Of a stretch of 64,000 bases of DNA, positions 12,431 through 25,145 are shown piece by piece. The stretch lies in the NCBI GenBank assembly GCA_965235115.1, contig OZ249439.1, positions 26,102,001-26,166,000 on the forward strand, written 5' to 3'. This DNA comes from Laetmonice hystrix (taxonomy: Eukaryota). The notes below the pieces were generated by a model. It searched no databases. It saw only the letters and a list, made by a program, of their open reading frames with translations, and had not been told where the DNA came from. The position numbers and the translations under genes were made by a program. Within the stretch, counting starts at the first letter, position 1; each line of letters starts with the position of its first letter.

Positions 12431-13509
12431 TGGGTGTGTAGAGCGGAGGTTGTTTAGCCGGAAAGACGTTGTTGTCAGAAGATTGTTTTTAGTCGACAAT
12501 CTCACCCCTCCACTATCGTCCGTGGATAAGTAAATGTATATTAACACACATATGTTAACGTATCCCTTGTGACAGGGTCCAATATTCTGCAGATACTCGT
12601 GGTTATTACAGAGTTGGAAACAGTTGGTGGGAATGATATGTGTCTGGGTATGTATATATATAGATGCCTCACGGCTTTGTAAAAATTAAACGTCACCAAT
12701 ATCCGTAATAATAAACAGAACGAATGTCGTTTTGCTCAGATCATATTTTCTCTCGTTAAAAACACCTGCATGAATCAGAATGACTTTTGTTTTTTCCTCG
12801 GGTGTCACCTGCAGGAACAGAATTGATGAGCATTTTTAAAGGTCGAGGCGGCCCTATCGAATCCAATAACAGTCGTGTGAGGTTGGGCCTGTTAATGGGC
12901 TGTCAGATATGTCCAACACGCGCTCATATTGACCACGGCATATGAAAAATCACAGTCTGGTCTACACCCCCGTGCCATAACTTGGCCAATGCCTTCATGA
13001 TATCGCTAGCAAACCTATAGATTTCAATGTGTGGAAGGTACGGCCACCCGTGCTGTCGGGAGGTGGAAGGAGCGAGAGCAGATACTCTAGGACACAGCCG
13101 GCCAACTAACTTGTAGGATGGTTGACAAATTGTATTTCTGGACACTAGCCAATAACCCATGCCTTGGCGGCAAGCTGAAAAACGCAGTCAGTCCCATTTT
13201 TCTTGTTGCCGGTCGATAACCATAGAAGCTTCTAGGGCGCTACTTATTTCCCTTAATTTGATATGCACTTAGTCGGAAAAAAAATACCATGCGTCTGGAT
13301 GTTCAGAAGTTCTCTGTCCTTTTTTCTCTGATATTAAAGATACACCAAGAAATTGCATGCAGGAAGACAAACTGGCTGAGTTTCACGGAGGACCGTTTAA
13401 TAATAGTTGGACAGTGCATTATTCTGTTTAAAGCACATGTCTGTTATTAAGTCGAAGTGATTCGGTACATGCCAATGTTGGCGCAGCGTGGCCTGCCGCA
13501 GCGTGAAGC

Positions 13510-13680
13510 GAATACAGGCGAGGGATGGCCAATTATTCCAAAGATGTTGCAGATTACAAGGTGTAATTTTCGATCGATGTAAGGAAGAAATTGTCTGGTG
13601 GTTTATCTGATTGTTTTCACCCAGTGCATTCTCTCTCTCAATCGTTCAGGCATCTGAATGGAGCATGGAAACCCCTGCGA
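13510..13680 (-). mobile_element. Possible decayed THAP-domain coding remnant
   Basis: GFPCSIQMPERLRERMHWVKTIR*TTRQFLPYIDRKLHLVICNIF reads in one frame with one stop and follows the THAP FP...R..W..IR...P...C..HF order. Confidence 0.3.
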
Positions 13681-16600
13681 GGGAAACACTGATAACTTGT
13701 AATCCAACAAGTTCTTTAAACGACCTTCTTTTGGGAGATCCATGATTACAACTCTTGGCCTGCATAGAGGGGCAGACGCAAATTTTATGCTTTGAGTGCC
13801 AACATAGAATCCAAACACGTTTATGACGACGGGACGACTCAGCTCTGGCGCCCTCATATTTCAATACGTGTGCGTGCGCATACGTCTCGGCGTGTTGAGA
13901 TCACGTGACCACGTCATGGTGCCGCCCTGTAGATGGCGCTGTTGACCCTGCACGGTACGTCCGAGGTGGCTTGACCACCGCCGACCACAACCCTTCTATG
14001 ATGAATGTCCCCGGCATTCATGAGGTGTACGTGCGGGCGGCGCGGTTCGCCCTAACTCTCCTGGGATGAATCGGCGGGGATTTAACAACCACGGGAACTC
14101 CGATCGCCCTCGAGGTCGGTCGACCTTCTTCCCCACTCCCGGTCCCTGGATTATGGCCAGTCTCCCGTCGACCTCTGACCTCCTTATCTCTGACCGCTGA
14201 CCCCCATTCCTGATCACCAATCTCACACCTCCCAACCCTGCTCCGATAGCAACTCGCCATCACCGCTGACATTACAGTTACATGTCAGGGACAATGATCG
14301 ATCACATCTCATTGTCTTACAGCCGGCTCAGTGTTCGCTGGGTCATCATAACTGTTCTCTGGTTGATCTGATCAAATCTGACTAATCCAGGGAGGAGAAC
14401 TATTCGATCTGTTGGATCAGGTATCGATAACTAATCTAAGGGTTATTTCCTACAAGGAAACCGAAACAATCACATAGATACTTGCTGTAAAAGTTGACCA
14501 CATCTTGCACAATAATTGCCACAATAACAATGATAATCTTTAACAGATTTTCAGTGCATTTTCAATGGATTCCCCAAACTTTCCGTAGACACTTTGGATC
14601 TCGTCTCAAAGTCCCCCTCTTCCCTCCCTCTGTCTGTCACTGTCTGTCTCTGTCTCTCTCTACGTATTTGGGCTCTCCTCCCGATGTCTTTGTCCTACAG
14701 GGGCCACAGTCCTTTCACCATGAGTCCTTCTCTTACACCTTTTAGTCCAGCCTTTGATGTTTCTCAGCAACATGACTAAACTGTAAATACACGCTGAATA
14801 ACCTCACAAAGATGAAAGGCGACATTTCAAACAATATTCTATTCATCAATGGGGAAATGATAGTACTGTCATAGGAACCACAACTAGTTTGCGAGCCAAA
14901 TTCCACAAAAACATCCTTTCTGTATACAACAAAGCAGGCGTTAATCTATAATTCAGAGTTTGTTTTTCCCTTGTAACACCAATCGCCAGTCTCTGCTGCG
15001 AATATACACGATGGAGGAGTGAAGCAATGGTAAATACAATATCAAAGAGGTTGTGAAACTTTAAAAGTCCGACTCGTATGTCAGTGGTAGCCTTCAGGTG
15101 ATATTATGGAGTATAATGGATATAATACGCCCTCGTCCCAACTCCTCGACATTCCAAAAGGAAAAAGGGGGTTCCACCCGACGCCATTCTGACACAATTC
15201 TGGAGCAACAAAAGTCAGCCAAATCTTTGTTCAAGTCCTTGCCATTTCTCTGTAGGTTTGAGTTACAAACTTGCATGGTGTTTCCTGCTACATGTCTCCT
15301 GGAGGGTGAAATTGTTTGAAGGCTTTGATAATGATAATTTTTCACCAAACATTATTGTATGAAGAAAGTATGATATTTTGGGATAATGAATCCATCTGTT
15401 TCTTTAGATGTTTTTCTTATTGTCCTTCCATGGACTCATTAAAATGTAAACAAAAGAAAGAAGAGGCCCCCCGTACCCCAATCCAGCAACATTTTGTGAG
15501 AGTAATTATTTCTAAATGATTGCTGATTTACTGATATGCAAACCCCTGCAAATTTTTCAAGTAAGGCTGTTACATTACTGCCTTCATAAATCAACTTCGA
15601 ATCCCCCGCCCTCTTAATGGACGTAAAACAATTCGTTTGTCTGGCTATCCGGGACTTTCAACTTCTATATCGCCACGTCCCATAAAAATTCCATCAGCGA
15701 TCACACAAGTTCCCATCGCACCCACTAATGACCGAACAGTCTTCGCGTTATCTCACCGCTAAAAATAGCACCACGTTACGGCTGGAACAATGCTGGCAGG
15801 CCCAGTCTCCATCTCGGGCATTTCGGCTTCGGCAACTTCTCCTTTAATACCCGGTAATGGAGAAGGGGTGGGAAGCCCCCTTTTCTTCTCAGCGAGAGCT
15901 TAATGTATCTGGCCACGTTCCTATAGTGATCAGTGCCGCCACTGCCAGGACAGCCATAGTAATTGCGGCCACTTAATTACATGTCATGATCATTTAGATG
16001 GTATCTGACATCAAGCAGAGATTATAGTTATCCCTGATATTACACCACCGCTGGTTTAGGAGTGGGCGTCGGGCAGGCACAACTATAGCCGGACCTAAAG
16101 CTTGGACTTTCCAATGTACCGGGGTTGAGAGATTTTTGTTTTGCTGTCCACATTATTGGAGCCCTGCTCCAGCAAGGCCATGCTTGTTATCCCTAAACCT
16201 TAAAATGCCTGGCTTAAAAAATGTAATAACGAGACAATAACATGACGTAAGATTTTTATATAACGCTCTTCATGTTGCGCACACATTCAGACTATTATTG
16301 CATTAAGATAGTAACAGTAAGCCAGAGCCGAAAGAAATAATCTACCCATTAATAGTACTAAGAAAACGACGTCGACCTATCTCTGAGCCCATTTTGACCA
16401 TCAGTGCTATACGTACGGCTGACGGCATGGTACCATAGCTGTACGGTTCCATGGAGAGAGGATGATTTCAGATTTGGTGTTTCTCAAATAGCCGGGTGTG
16501 GTGTTAGGTCTGCGTGTGATGTTGGGTATGGGTGTGATGTAGGGGTGTGCCGGGTGACCAGGCACAGCACCCATACTTGCAGCAGACTGTTTTATGGAGG

Positions 16601-19511
16601 GCCGCGTTTGACCCCACACACCCCTACAGCACATGGCAAGGCGTCGCCTCAACTTGATTAGCCCACGCCCAGCCTGGAGTTGTAGGATGGAGGGGGGGGG
16701 GGGTATGGATGGGTGGAGTGGGGCTTTACCCTGGCAAACTCATGATGGCAAGTCCTCATCCCTCCTTTCTTTATTTTGTACCTGCCTTCTCGGCAATGGC
16801 GTTCATGTTGACCTTTCTGATACTGAAGTGTGATTATAGGGAAAGAGACGGTTGTGTTTAGTGACTATGTAATCCCATCGCCCGTCAAATCTTACTCACC
16901 TCCGGCTCGCCCGAACTCGGAGTGAGCGTCCGAACAATTGCTGCCCTTTGCACTGGCCACGTTTGTTGCCCCTCAGGTCGCTGAAGGTCGTTCATACTAT
17001 GTGGCTTGGACTTTGACTCATCCATGGTGCGACATAACTCGGGTGACCCTACTGGATGCTGCGATAGCCTTTCGTAGCTCTGTGGCCCATATTTGGTGTC
17101 ATTCTGGAAAAACCAGATCAATAAAATGCATTATTGTACATCAAATTGTTCTAAAGTCCCTTCTGCCAGGCGACTTTCAAGGTGACAGGCTTTTAGCAAC
17201 AAGAGGACCTGATGCCGTTACTCAATGGGTCCCCCTCCGTTGCCCCCCGGTCACCATGCTAGCATTGTGGGCGCCTAGAGCCCACAAACCAGCAAGACAA
17301 TGCCAGCCGCGATTACATGAACAGCTAGCTTTAATATTCTCCCCTTATACAACTCTCAGTGCTAATTCAATACAGCAGCATAGCAACCCTTCTTGTAGGC
17401 TCAAACAATTAAGTCAATGTTAGAGAATAAGCAGCTGCTGAATTGTACCCAGCCGTGCCCCGCCGCGTGAAGGGACTCGGTCACCAGCCGCCACAGCCAA
17501 TAGCCTTCAGGCGCTCACTGCTGATAAAATATAGCCCAACAGGGGTTGTCTCTCCCCCTCTGGTGGACAGAACGGGCATTTCACGCAACGCTGACCAAAA
17601 TCAGCCATTTCCGCTGCCGACTCAGCAGTAGCTCTCGACGACTTAAAACTTATTGATGGTTCGAAGCCAAGTCAATCGCCGCAGAAGACGGGGAAGTAGA
17701 GCATACTGAATATAGATTGACAAAATACCGGTCGTAGCGGCATTATGGCCCTGGACACAGGCTGGGATGGTGCATTGATAAATGCCTCAAGGGCCGTGAT
17801 TTAAAAGGAGAGAAGTGCGCGATATATGTAGTGTGTAATTAACGCCAAGGTTGCGGATCCATTCCAGGCATTGTTCTGTTATTGAAGATCAACTCATGCA
17901 CATGATTGCCTTCTCATTGCACCAATCCATTGCCCCAAGGCGAGATGGGGGTAGTATGTGTAACATGCCTGTCATATAATAATGTTTACACTGCCTTCGG
18001 TCGTATCTTTATATACTCAATGTTACTTTACATCACAATGAGGGTATGGCTTAGTATGTGCACGACATGGATACTATACAAAGTCATCCAACAGGAACAA
18101 TGTTGTCCAGGCCACCCAATGTTGTCTAGCCTCAGATTGCAGACTTTTTACAGTATGTTACAGTGCTCACGCAAAGGAAGGTCCTTACTCTGTAGATTCC
18201 AGACATGGGCAGTTCCATCATTACGAAAATATGTATTCCAAAAAAGTCTTTCTACATCATACACCTTACACTAAAAACATTCCGCGGGCAAACTCCTTAC
18301 GATTACATTTTTTTGTAATTCTCCTTTCGCGACACACTCCTTACATCAAAACCTCCTATAGAACACAGAACTTCTTACTTGGCAGACCCCCCCCCCCCCC
18401 GCCCCGCCCCGCCTTCGCCCCTTTGCCCCTTCCTCGGCCTATTGGCTCAATGTCTCCACCATCGTCCAACGACGATCAATTACACAAGGGAAACAAGTCC
18501 ATGGTTGGCGTAAAACCCAGCCCGGCAGTAGATCGCTTCCTTCCTCGGGTTCCCGCCACTGATGGAACACCGCAAACACTGCCCGGTGTTACTGAACATG
18601 TTGATAAACATTGTCAGCAAACACTCTCAATGAGACCTCTAATGGCCAATTAGGTCTAAGTACACACGCGTGCACATCTGGAAAACGGGCACGGCTCTTT
18701 TTAAAAGGTGTTGGCGACCCGAAGCGCATTACAGTAAATTCGTCTCTAAATGCTTTGCATTGTGCGGCGTCTGATTCATGGCAGATGCTCTGGTGACAAT
18801 TGTTCCACCTGTCGGGGAGCGTACTTAACATTACTTTGGGGGTTACCCCAATCGCACGGGGAATACTGCCCCGAGCTTACATTAACTCCCGCTATCGTCA
18901 GGGCAAATCAGAAATACGGCAGAACATTTGGTTGGTCATCCAAGGGGTGGGGTGGGGGGGTATAGGTAACTTTGTTTAAATAATCGAAAGTTTACCGACT
19001 ACCCAACAAACAAACCTGCACGCACGATACATCAGACAATGCACTTTTTATTGACGCATATCTATAGATCAGGTCTAAAGTTGTTTTTTTTTTAAATTCC
19101 ATATATCGATTGGACGTCAACTGATAAGAGTCACAATAGCCAATTCATCTAAAAAAAAATCCAGTCTAATTTGTGAAATGAGTCTGTAGTGTTACCATAG
19201 TGACTGGTATTACATCCTATAAGAAATTACTGAAAGTTAATACCGAGGTATATTCATATTCCCTTCCCCCGAGCAGAAAAAAAGTAATTTAAGGTAACTA
19301 TAAAAAGCACCTCTGAAACACTTTCCTTTTCCATTAAAACAGTTCATCATGGCACACTACTGAAGAGTGTCCTGTGACAGAGTTTGGATACGGCAGGTTA
19401 TATATGTCGGTAATGACTGCCCCTCACAAGGTAAAACTCATAAAGCTTTGATGATATAGATGTTCCAGCCGCAATATGAGCCCACTCAGTTTCCTGCCCA
19501 TCCAGCCACCA

Positions 19512-19639
19512 NNNNNNNNNNNNNNNNNNNNNNNNNNNNNNNNNNNNNNNNNNNNNNNNNNNNNNNNNNNNNNNNNNNNNNNNNNNNNNNNNNNNNNNNN
19601 NNNNNNNNNNNNNNNNNNNNNNNNNNNNNNNNNNNNNNN
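19512..19639. other. Assembly gap (128 N)
   Basis: Run of N characters. Confidence 1.
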
Positions 19640-21950
19640 CATTCAATTGTCCCTGTCCCAAGTCCTACTTCTAAGTGTTAGTAAAATTCACCCCGGGCAA
19701 TTTGTCCACTGGGACCCGGAGTTGTCAACACAGTGCATTATACCGCTCATCGATGCCTTTTTAATATTTCATTACATTCCCGCCCTTTGCCGCTAAATGA
19801 CACAAATTTAGTCCCAAAGTCTGATGGGAACATTTTCGGTGCCCACATGTGGGCCGACTGTCGCCGGTGCACTTGTCCTCATTGTATCTATATTTAATCA
19901 GCGAGATGAAGACGATGTACCCCAGCGGTGCCTATAGAAGGTCCAGCTACGGGACGGTATAGATGTTGGGTGCCGGTAACTTCGCCATGTCGCCGCTCCC
20001 TTTAAGTGCTCCATTAATGCCGCCGTATACGCACAGCCACTAACGCACAGCTGCACCTGAGGCGGCAATCCTGCCCAAAACCCAATGGCCCCCATTCCAT
20101 TAAACAAATGGTTAGATGTGAAACTTGAAAGACGCCACTCTAAACCGCAGCATCATCAAACATTTCAAGTTACCATCAAATGGTCTCAATAGCAGCAGGC
20201 TATAACTTCTGTGTGATCCCATATCGATGATGAATAAACCATGTGGCACGTTTCAACTTCTGCACACTACTTTCTGTATACTACTTACTGACAGCATCAA
20301 AGCTTTGTTTACATCATGCTATAACCTGTACACGGGGTCCGGGACTGCCTTTCTACCTGCTGGACGCTCAAACTGAACATTTTTATGTCGGTAATCTCGG
20401 AACCTTCACCGATTTCTAACTGGCTTCACCTAATCCTACAACGCACTAAGATATAATGTTGTATACAAGATGCACACACGAGTGAACATTTTGTACACTT
20501 GTGTACCTTCATGCACAAGTTAACCCAGACTCATATCCCTTTCAAGCTAATGTTTTGCTGGCATGATACCGAAAGTGACTTCATGACGAAACGATAGATC
20601 TACTCCCCATTATCTGTGGCCCAGTTTGGTTTTATCCCCCCAAAAAACATGCAGGAAAACTATGAGAGCTAATGGTTGAGCTCCGTCATGCTGAAACGTG
20701 AGCATGCTGTCAAACTACGTGACCGATAAGACCGGAGAATTACACGAGATTTTTTTTGTAACTCTAAGTTGACCTATTTAAGCCTGAAGCCACAGTTCTG
20801 GCATTCTCAATGTCCTCAAAACCTCGGTAACAAATTCAGCGCTCAATGCCGACGGTTAGCTAGCACTGTGGTGGGGCGGTGTCCGTGGAGGGACAGGATA
20901 AAGTCTTTGTGCAGTTCCTCATAAAGGCGTACCAAATAAAACGTTAAATAACCGAAGGTACTGTGCTCAACAGCCAGGGAAACTCCCAGTAGACCGACGT
21001 AAACAATATGTACCTTTGTTCAATTGCACATATCGCGGGCCATGAGACCGCCCCTCCTTGGGATTGCCAATAACAGCTCAAATATCTGCAGGAAAAGCTT
21101 ATTGCGGATCATAGCTTTAAAGAGTCCTAACTGTCAATGAACAGGCCACATCGCGACAGGCTTATGGATTGGGATTTCACCAAACGATGGCTCCCCTCTT
21201 AGATGTCATCTCGCGGACACCTGAAATTGTTTTCCCGAGTTCCAACTGATCTCAATGAAGAAGTTTTTCTTTTGTTTTGACACCAATATGAAATATCTTA
21301 TGACGGCTGTCCGCGTGTATGTTAAAACTCACGGAGGAATATTCGGAGAGAAGAACTCTTACACCTTTAAATCATGAAACCCGTCTTTTCAAAAACTGGT
21401 GGTATTATGAAGTGCATTTCACCATGTTCAAGAGTCATCCATTAAATAAGCGAGAGAGATGGAGGAACGCAAATGACGCCTAATATTACGGGTACACATA
21501 CAAAAGTAAAATCAATATTCCACGGCGGAAGGGCCTATTTTTAAGTGCATAATGTTGGTATTAGACGTATGAATTTCATCTGATGTTGTCTATTTGCCAG
21601 CTAAATAATACGATCAGCTGTTTGATAGCAATGTTATTGACGTTCGTATTGGTGTTGTCTGCCGGGAAACAAGAGGAAGCAGGCATTGAAGGAGAGCGCC
21701 AGTCAGAATCAAGTCCAATCGGACTTCTATTCTACTGACAGTCACCGGGGAAAAAACGAGCCAAGCGCAGAGCTTAGGCAAATTCTAATGAACTAATTAC
21801 AACGTGTAAGAGCCATAAACAAACCAGGCTGGTTATTTTTGTCCCCCGCTGATATCAATATCCTTTTATTTGAAAGAGTCCATGGTTTTGTGAGTGCAAT
21901 TTTTGGAACGAGTGAATGACTCCGGCATCCATACAACATGATCTTTTTTT

Positions 21951-21970
21951 CTCTCTCTCTCTCTCTCTCT
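21951..21970. repeat. (CT)10 microsatellite
   Basis: Direct reading. Confidence 0.9.
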
Positions 21971-22666
21971 TGGAGGTTTAGTGTGCTCAGATGGCATGCT
22001 CTCTACGCTTTACTAAAAACATTGAATGAATGTAGCGTCCTCTGGTCTGAACCCATTATGACAATGTGTTTGAAGTGCTTTTAAATGTCACCAAATATAA
22101 AGCTTCTTTCATAAGAGTTTAAAAGGAGCTTTAGAAATATGTATCTATTATGTTGCCTGCCGAGTTGCATTTAGCTTGTTACCCGACCAATGTTTTTACT
22201 ACAAATGTATTACCGTATCTACAGTAGATGCAACCACTACCTTCCAAGAAAACTTCTACGATATCACGGGCAGAAAATCAACTCAGATACCATAGAATAG
22301 GGAATATATCTCCTAACAACAATCCCTATATTGTTGATCTAATTGTAAAGAACATTACGTTAGGATGCAAAATTTGATATCTACCTTAATGCCTCATGAT
22401 ATCTGAGTAGGCCTGCGTGTATAATGATATACATTCTTTCTAGACATAATGCCAGAACTAGATAGCCCGGCGTATAAACGAGACAACATCCTGATATTCT
22501 CTACCTGATGGGTATGAAATATAAAGACTTTCGTATACGTTTCCACGTACCATCGAGACAAGAGACCTCAACGAAGAATATGCCCTGAATCAACTACCCC
22601 AATACGACAGTGGAGATTTAAAAAAGGGGGGGGGGAGAAGAAAAAAAGAGAGCAAAACACCGAACC

Positions 22667-22723
22667 TGCCGTCCAAGTGTAGATGTATGTCATGTATGCC
22701 GTCTAAGTGTAGATGTATGTCAT
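22667..22723. repeat. 30-bp-period tandem duplication (tgccgtcYaagtgtagatgtatgtcat x2)
   Basis: Copies at 22667 and 22697 differ by one base. Confidence 0.92.
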
Positions 22724-24576
22724 CATACTTGGAATGGCCCCAGTTTCCGAATACTTTGAAGGTGGAGAACAAGCGTAAACAGGGTGCGGGTATTTCTCAG
22801 TAGTCATTAAAGCCTACCCCACCTCAGTACCTCCAAACTGCCGGATATACAGTTCCCCAAAGGTTATCAGTTCAACCCCCAAGTCCTGCTTAGACTTCTG
22901 ACATCTCAAAAACCAATCAGAAACCTTATCGAGTCGGTACATGTACAATACACATGTATTACCATCCATCCTTCTTGATGCTCATTCCAAATGTCTGGTG
23001 TTAATTTGCCCAATCATCGCCCGAGTTCATCCACTGCCACGAAATGAACGGCACATATAACAGACTGGGATTACATCCTTCAGAAGTCGGAATGTTCACG
23101 AAGATGTCTGACAGATGATTTAATGATCGTGTCAGATGTAGTACCCTTCAATGTCACCCGGCTCGTGTATACAGGTTTAGGACGGCAAGATTGATGAATG
23201 TAACACTTTCAATGGATAACACTAGGAAAATCCTGAAAGCACAAGTACACATGATAAATTCCCGACATCAAACGCCAGTAGTGAATATTACGCTCAATAA
23301 GCGCTGATTATTACAAGCTATAGCACGGCATGTCGACAGGCAGTGTCTGATAGATCTGACTGTACGAACATCACGCCGAGCTATAGGTGATTATCGCTGT
23401 GATATTTGTAATGTTGTGAATGCTAATCGTTGTTAACGTGTCCTAGTCGAAGGCACATCCCCACCTGATAAGGTTAATAACATTTTCTTAATGAATCATC
23501 CGGAAAGTACGATGCCAGTTAAACACATTAATTTAACTTATGATACCCCCGGTTTGATGGAAAGCCAGGGGGGAAAGGTGTTTGGTAGTATACTGCGGCA
23601 GCTGGTGGTACTACAACATGACCGTTCTGTCTAGATAGGTGAGAGTGTAATGAAAATAGGGGCAGAGTCCGTATAACAAGGGACTTATAGAAAGAAGGGC
23701 GTAACTGGTGACATCCTGTCGGACGTTGCCTGACCTAACCTGACGTTTATCTCGGTAGTTTGTAAAGAAGCCAGCAGGTTGACCAAGATGCTGTCTCACG
23801 AAGCGTCGGTTGGCGTCGTTGTTCACACCCCGTTAACATACAACTGTAGGGAGCGAGGATCAATACTGAAGGTCGTACGTCGTAAACGTCACCCAGTACA
23901 AACGTAAGGATTCTTGTAATGCGAGGGTTTATAACCACGGGATCCCTGTTGGGAACGTAACAAGGAAGGCGCTTGGAATTACATCTTTAGAAATGTCATG
24001 AAATTGAATCAAACTCAAGTAAGCAACACTCCGTGGAAACATCAGCAATTTTTGTTGAAACCTGGCATGTTGCTGACTTGTCGCTGAGATGCTAGTGGCT
24101 TGCTGGGGATGGTAGTGGGGGGGGGGGGGGTTGAGACAAGCGATTACCGGGAATATATGCCTGCCATTCCTTACCCCTAACATCCCTTTCTAGTGTTGCC
24201 AGACTGCCGGCTTCCTCTGCCCCCCCACCAACCTCTAACACTCAGCCTGCACACACAGAGGCCATTAAAGGCACTCAGACGATAAATTCGTCACCGACCC
24301 CATCCACCCTGTGATATATGCCCTGGCTTGTGTACGGCGAACCTTTTGGAGAAAGTTTGCCGCCACTACAAGTGAACTGGAAAAAAACTTGGCTCTTTCG
24401 CGGTCAGCCCCCAACAGATGGAGCGGTGTGAAGGTCCAACAAATCCCAGGCTTACAGATATCATTATCCGATGGATCCAGAGGATGGACAGCAGCGCGAC
24501 CATGGTAATGGTGGCATCCGCTCTGGCTCACAATATCTATACGCCCCAGTCCTTATCACTGTACGGCCTTGGTATG

Positions 24577-24642
<66 letters not shown>
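24577..24642. repeat. (TGC)22 microsatellite
   Basis: Direct reading. Confidence 0.98.
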
Positions 24643-24644
<2 letters not shown>

Positions 24645-24984
24645 AGTTGAGACAGCGCCAGGAACACCCCCTTACCCCCCCCCCCCCACACCCTCTTCCC
24701 AACCCCACTCATCGGGTCGATACATTCAGACCATGGGATCGATTTACATTGAGCAGTTTTCGCACTCGCCTGTAGACACTAGAGGTTATGGATACAAATT
24801 TCATTACTCTCTGCTGTCTCTTTTTTCTGTCTGTCGGGTGCAGATCCCAAACGTCGGAGGTCGCCGTAATTTGACCCCCCGAAGCAAGAGTCTTGGGGGG
24901 CTTTGGCCGTGCACGACAAGAACCGAGAAACGCAGTTTGCCCGGTTCATGTTAACCACCACTGACAAGATCTAATTTTACCTCC

Positions 24985-25145
24985 GTGCAAATATTCCACA
25001 TCAACCGATCCTTTAAGGGACATCTCCAACTAGCACTCGACCCCCGTCAAAGAAAAATCCGTCGACCATTGGAGAATAGACGCAGAACAGGATTCGAGGC
25101 TATTTACATTAAAATAATAAAACCAGCTATAGAAACGCATAACCG
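24985..25145 (+). mobile_element. Decayed Penelope-like element, C-terminal part of GIY-YIG endonuclease
   Basis: H...GH followed 24 residues later by RRRTGFEAIYIKIIKP resembles the PLE H..GH...R..EAIYI...KP pattern in motif and spacing. Confidence 0.45.

Noticed and set aside
18189-18270. 82-nt exon-like block reading CKVYDVERLFWNTYFRNDGTAHVWNLQ (WD40-like)
   Set aside because: A single short match inside a degenerate ccttac-repeat region, with no companion exons; it would frameshift the host gene.
21400-21480. FKSHPLNKRERWRNA as a third THAP-like fragment
   Set aside because: Too short, with no other THAP landmarks; high risk of over-matching.
22960-23010. ILLDAHSKCL resembling the Gypsy integrase VDAHSKW motif
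   Set aside because: No upstream HIDF/GP motif or downstream DDE residues recognisable.
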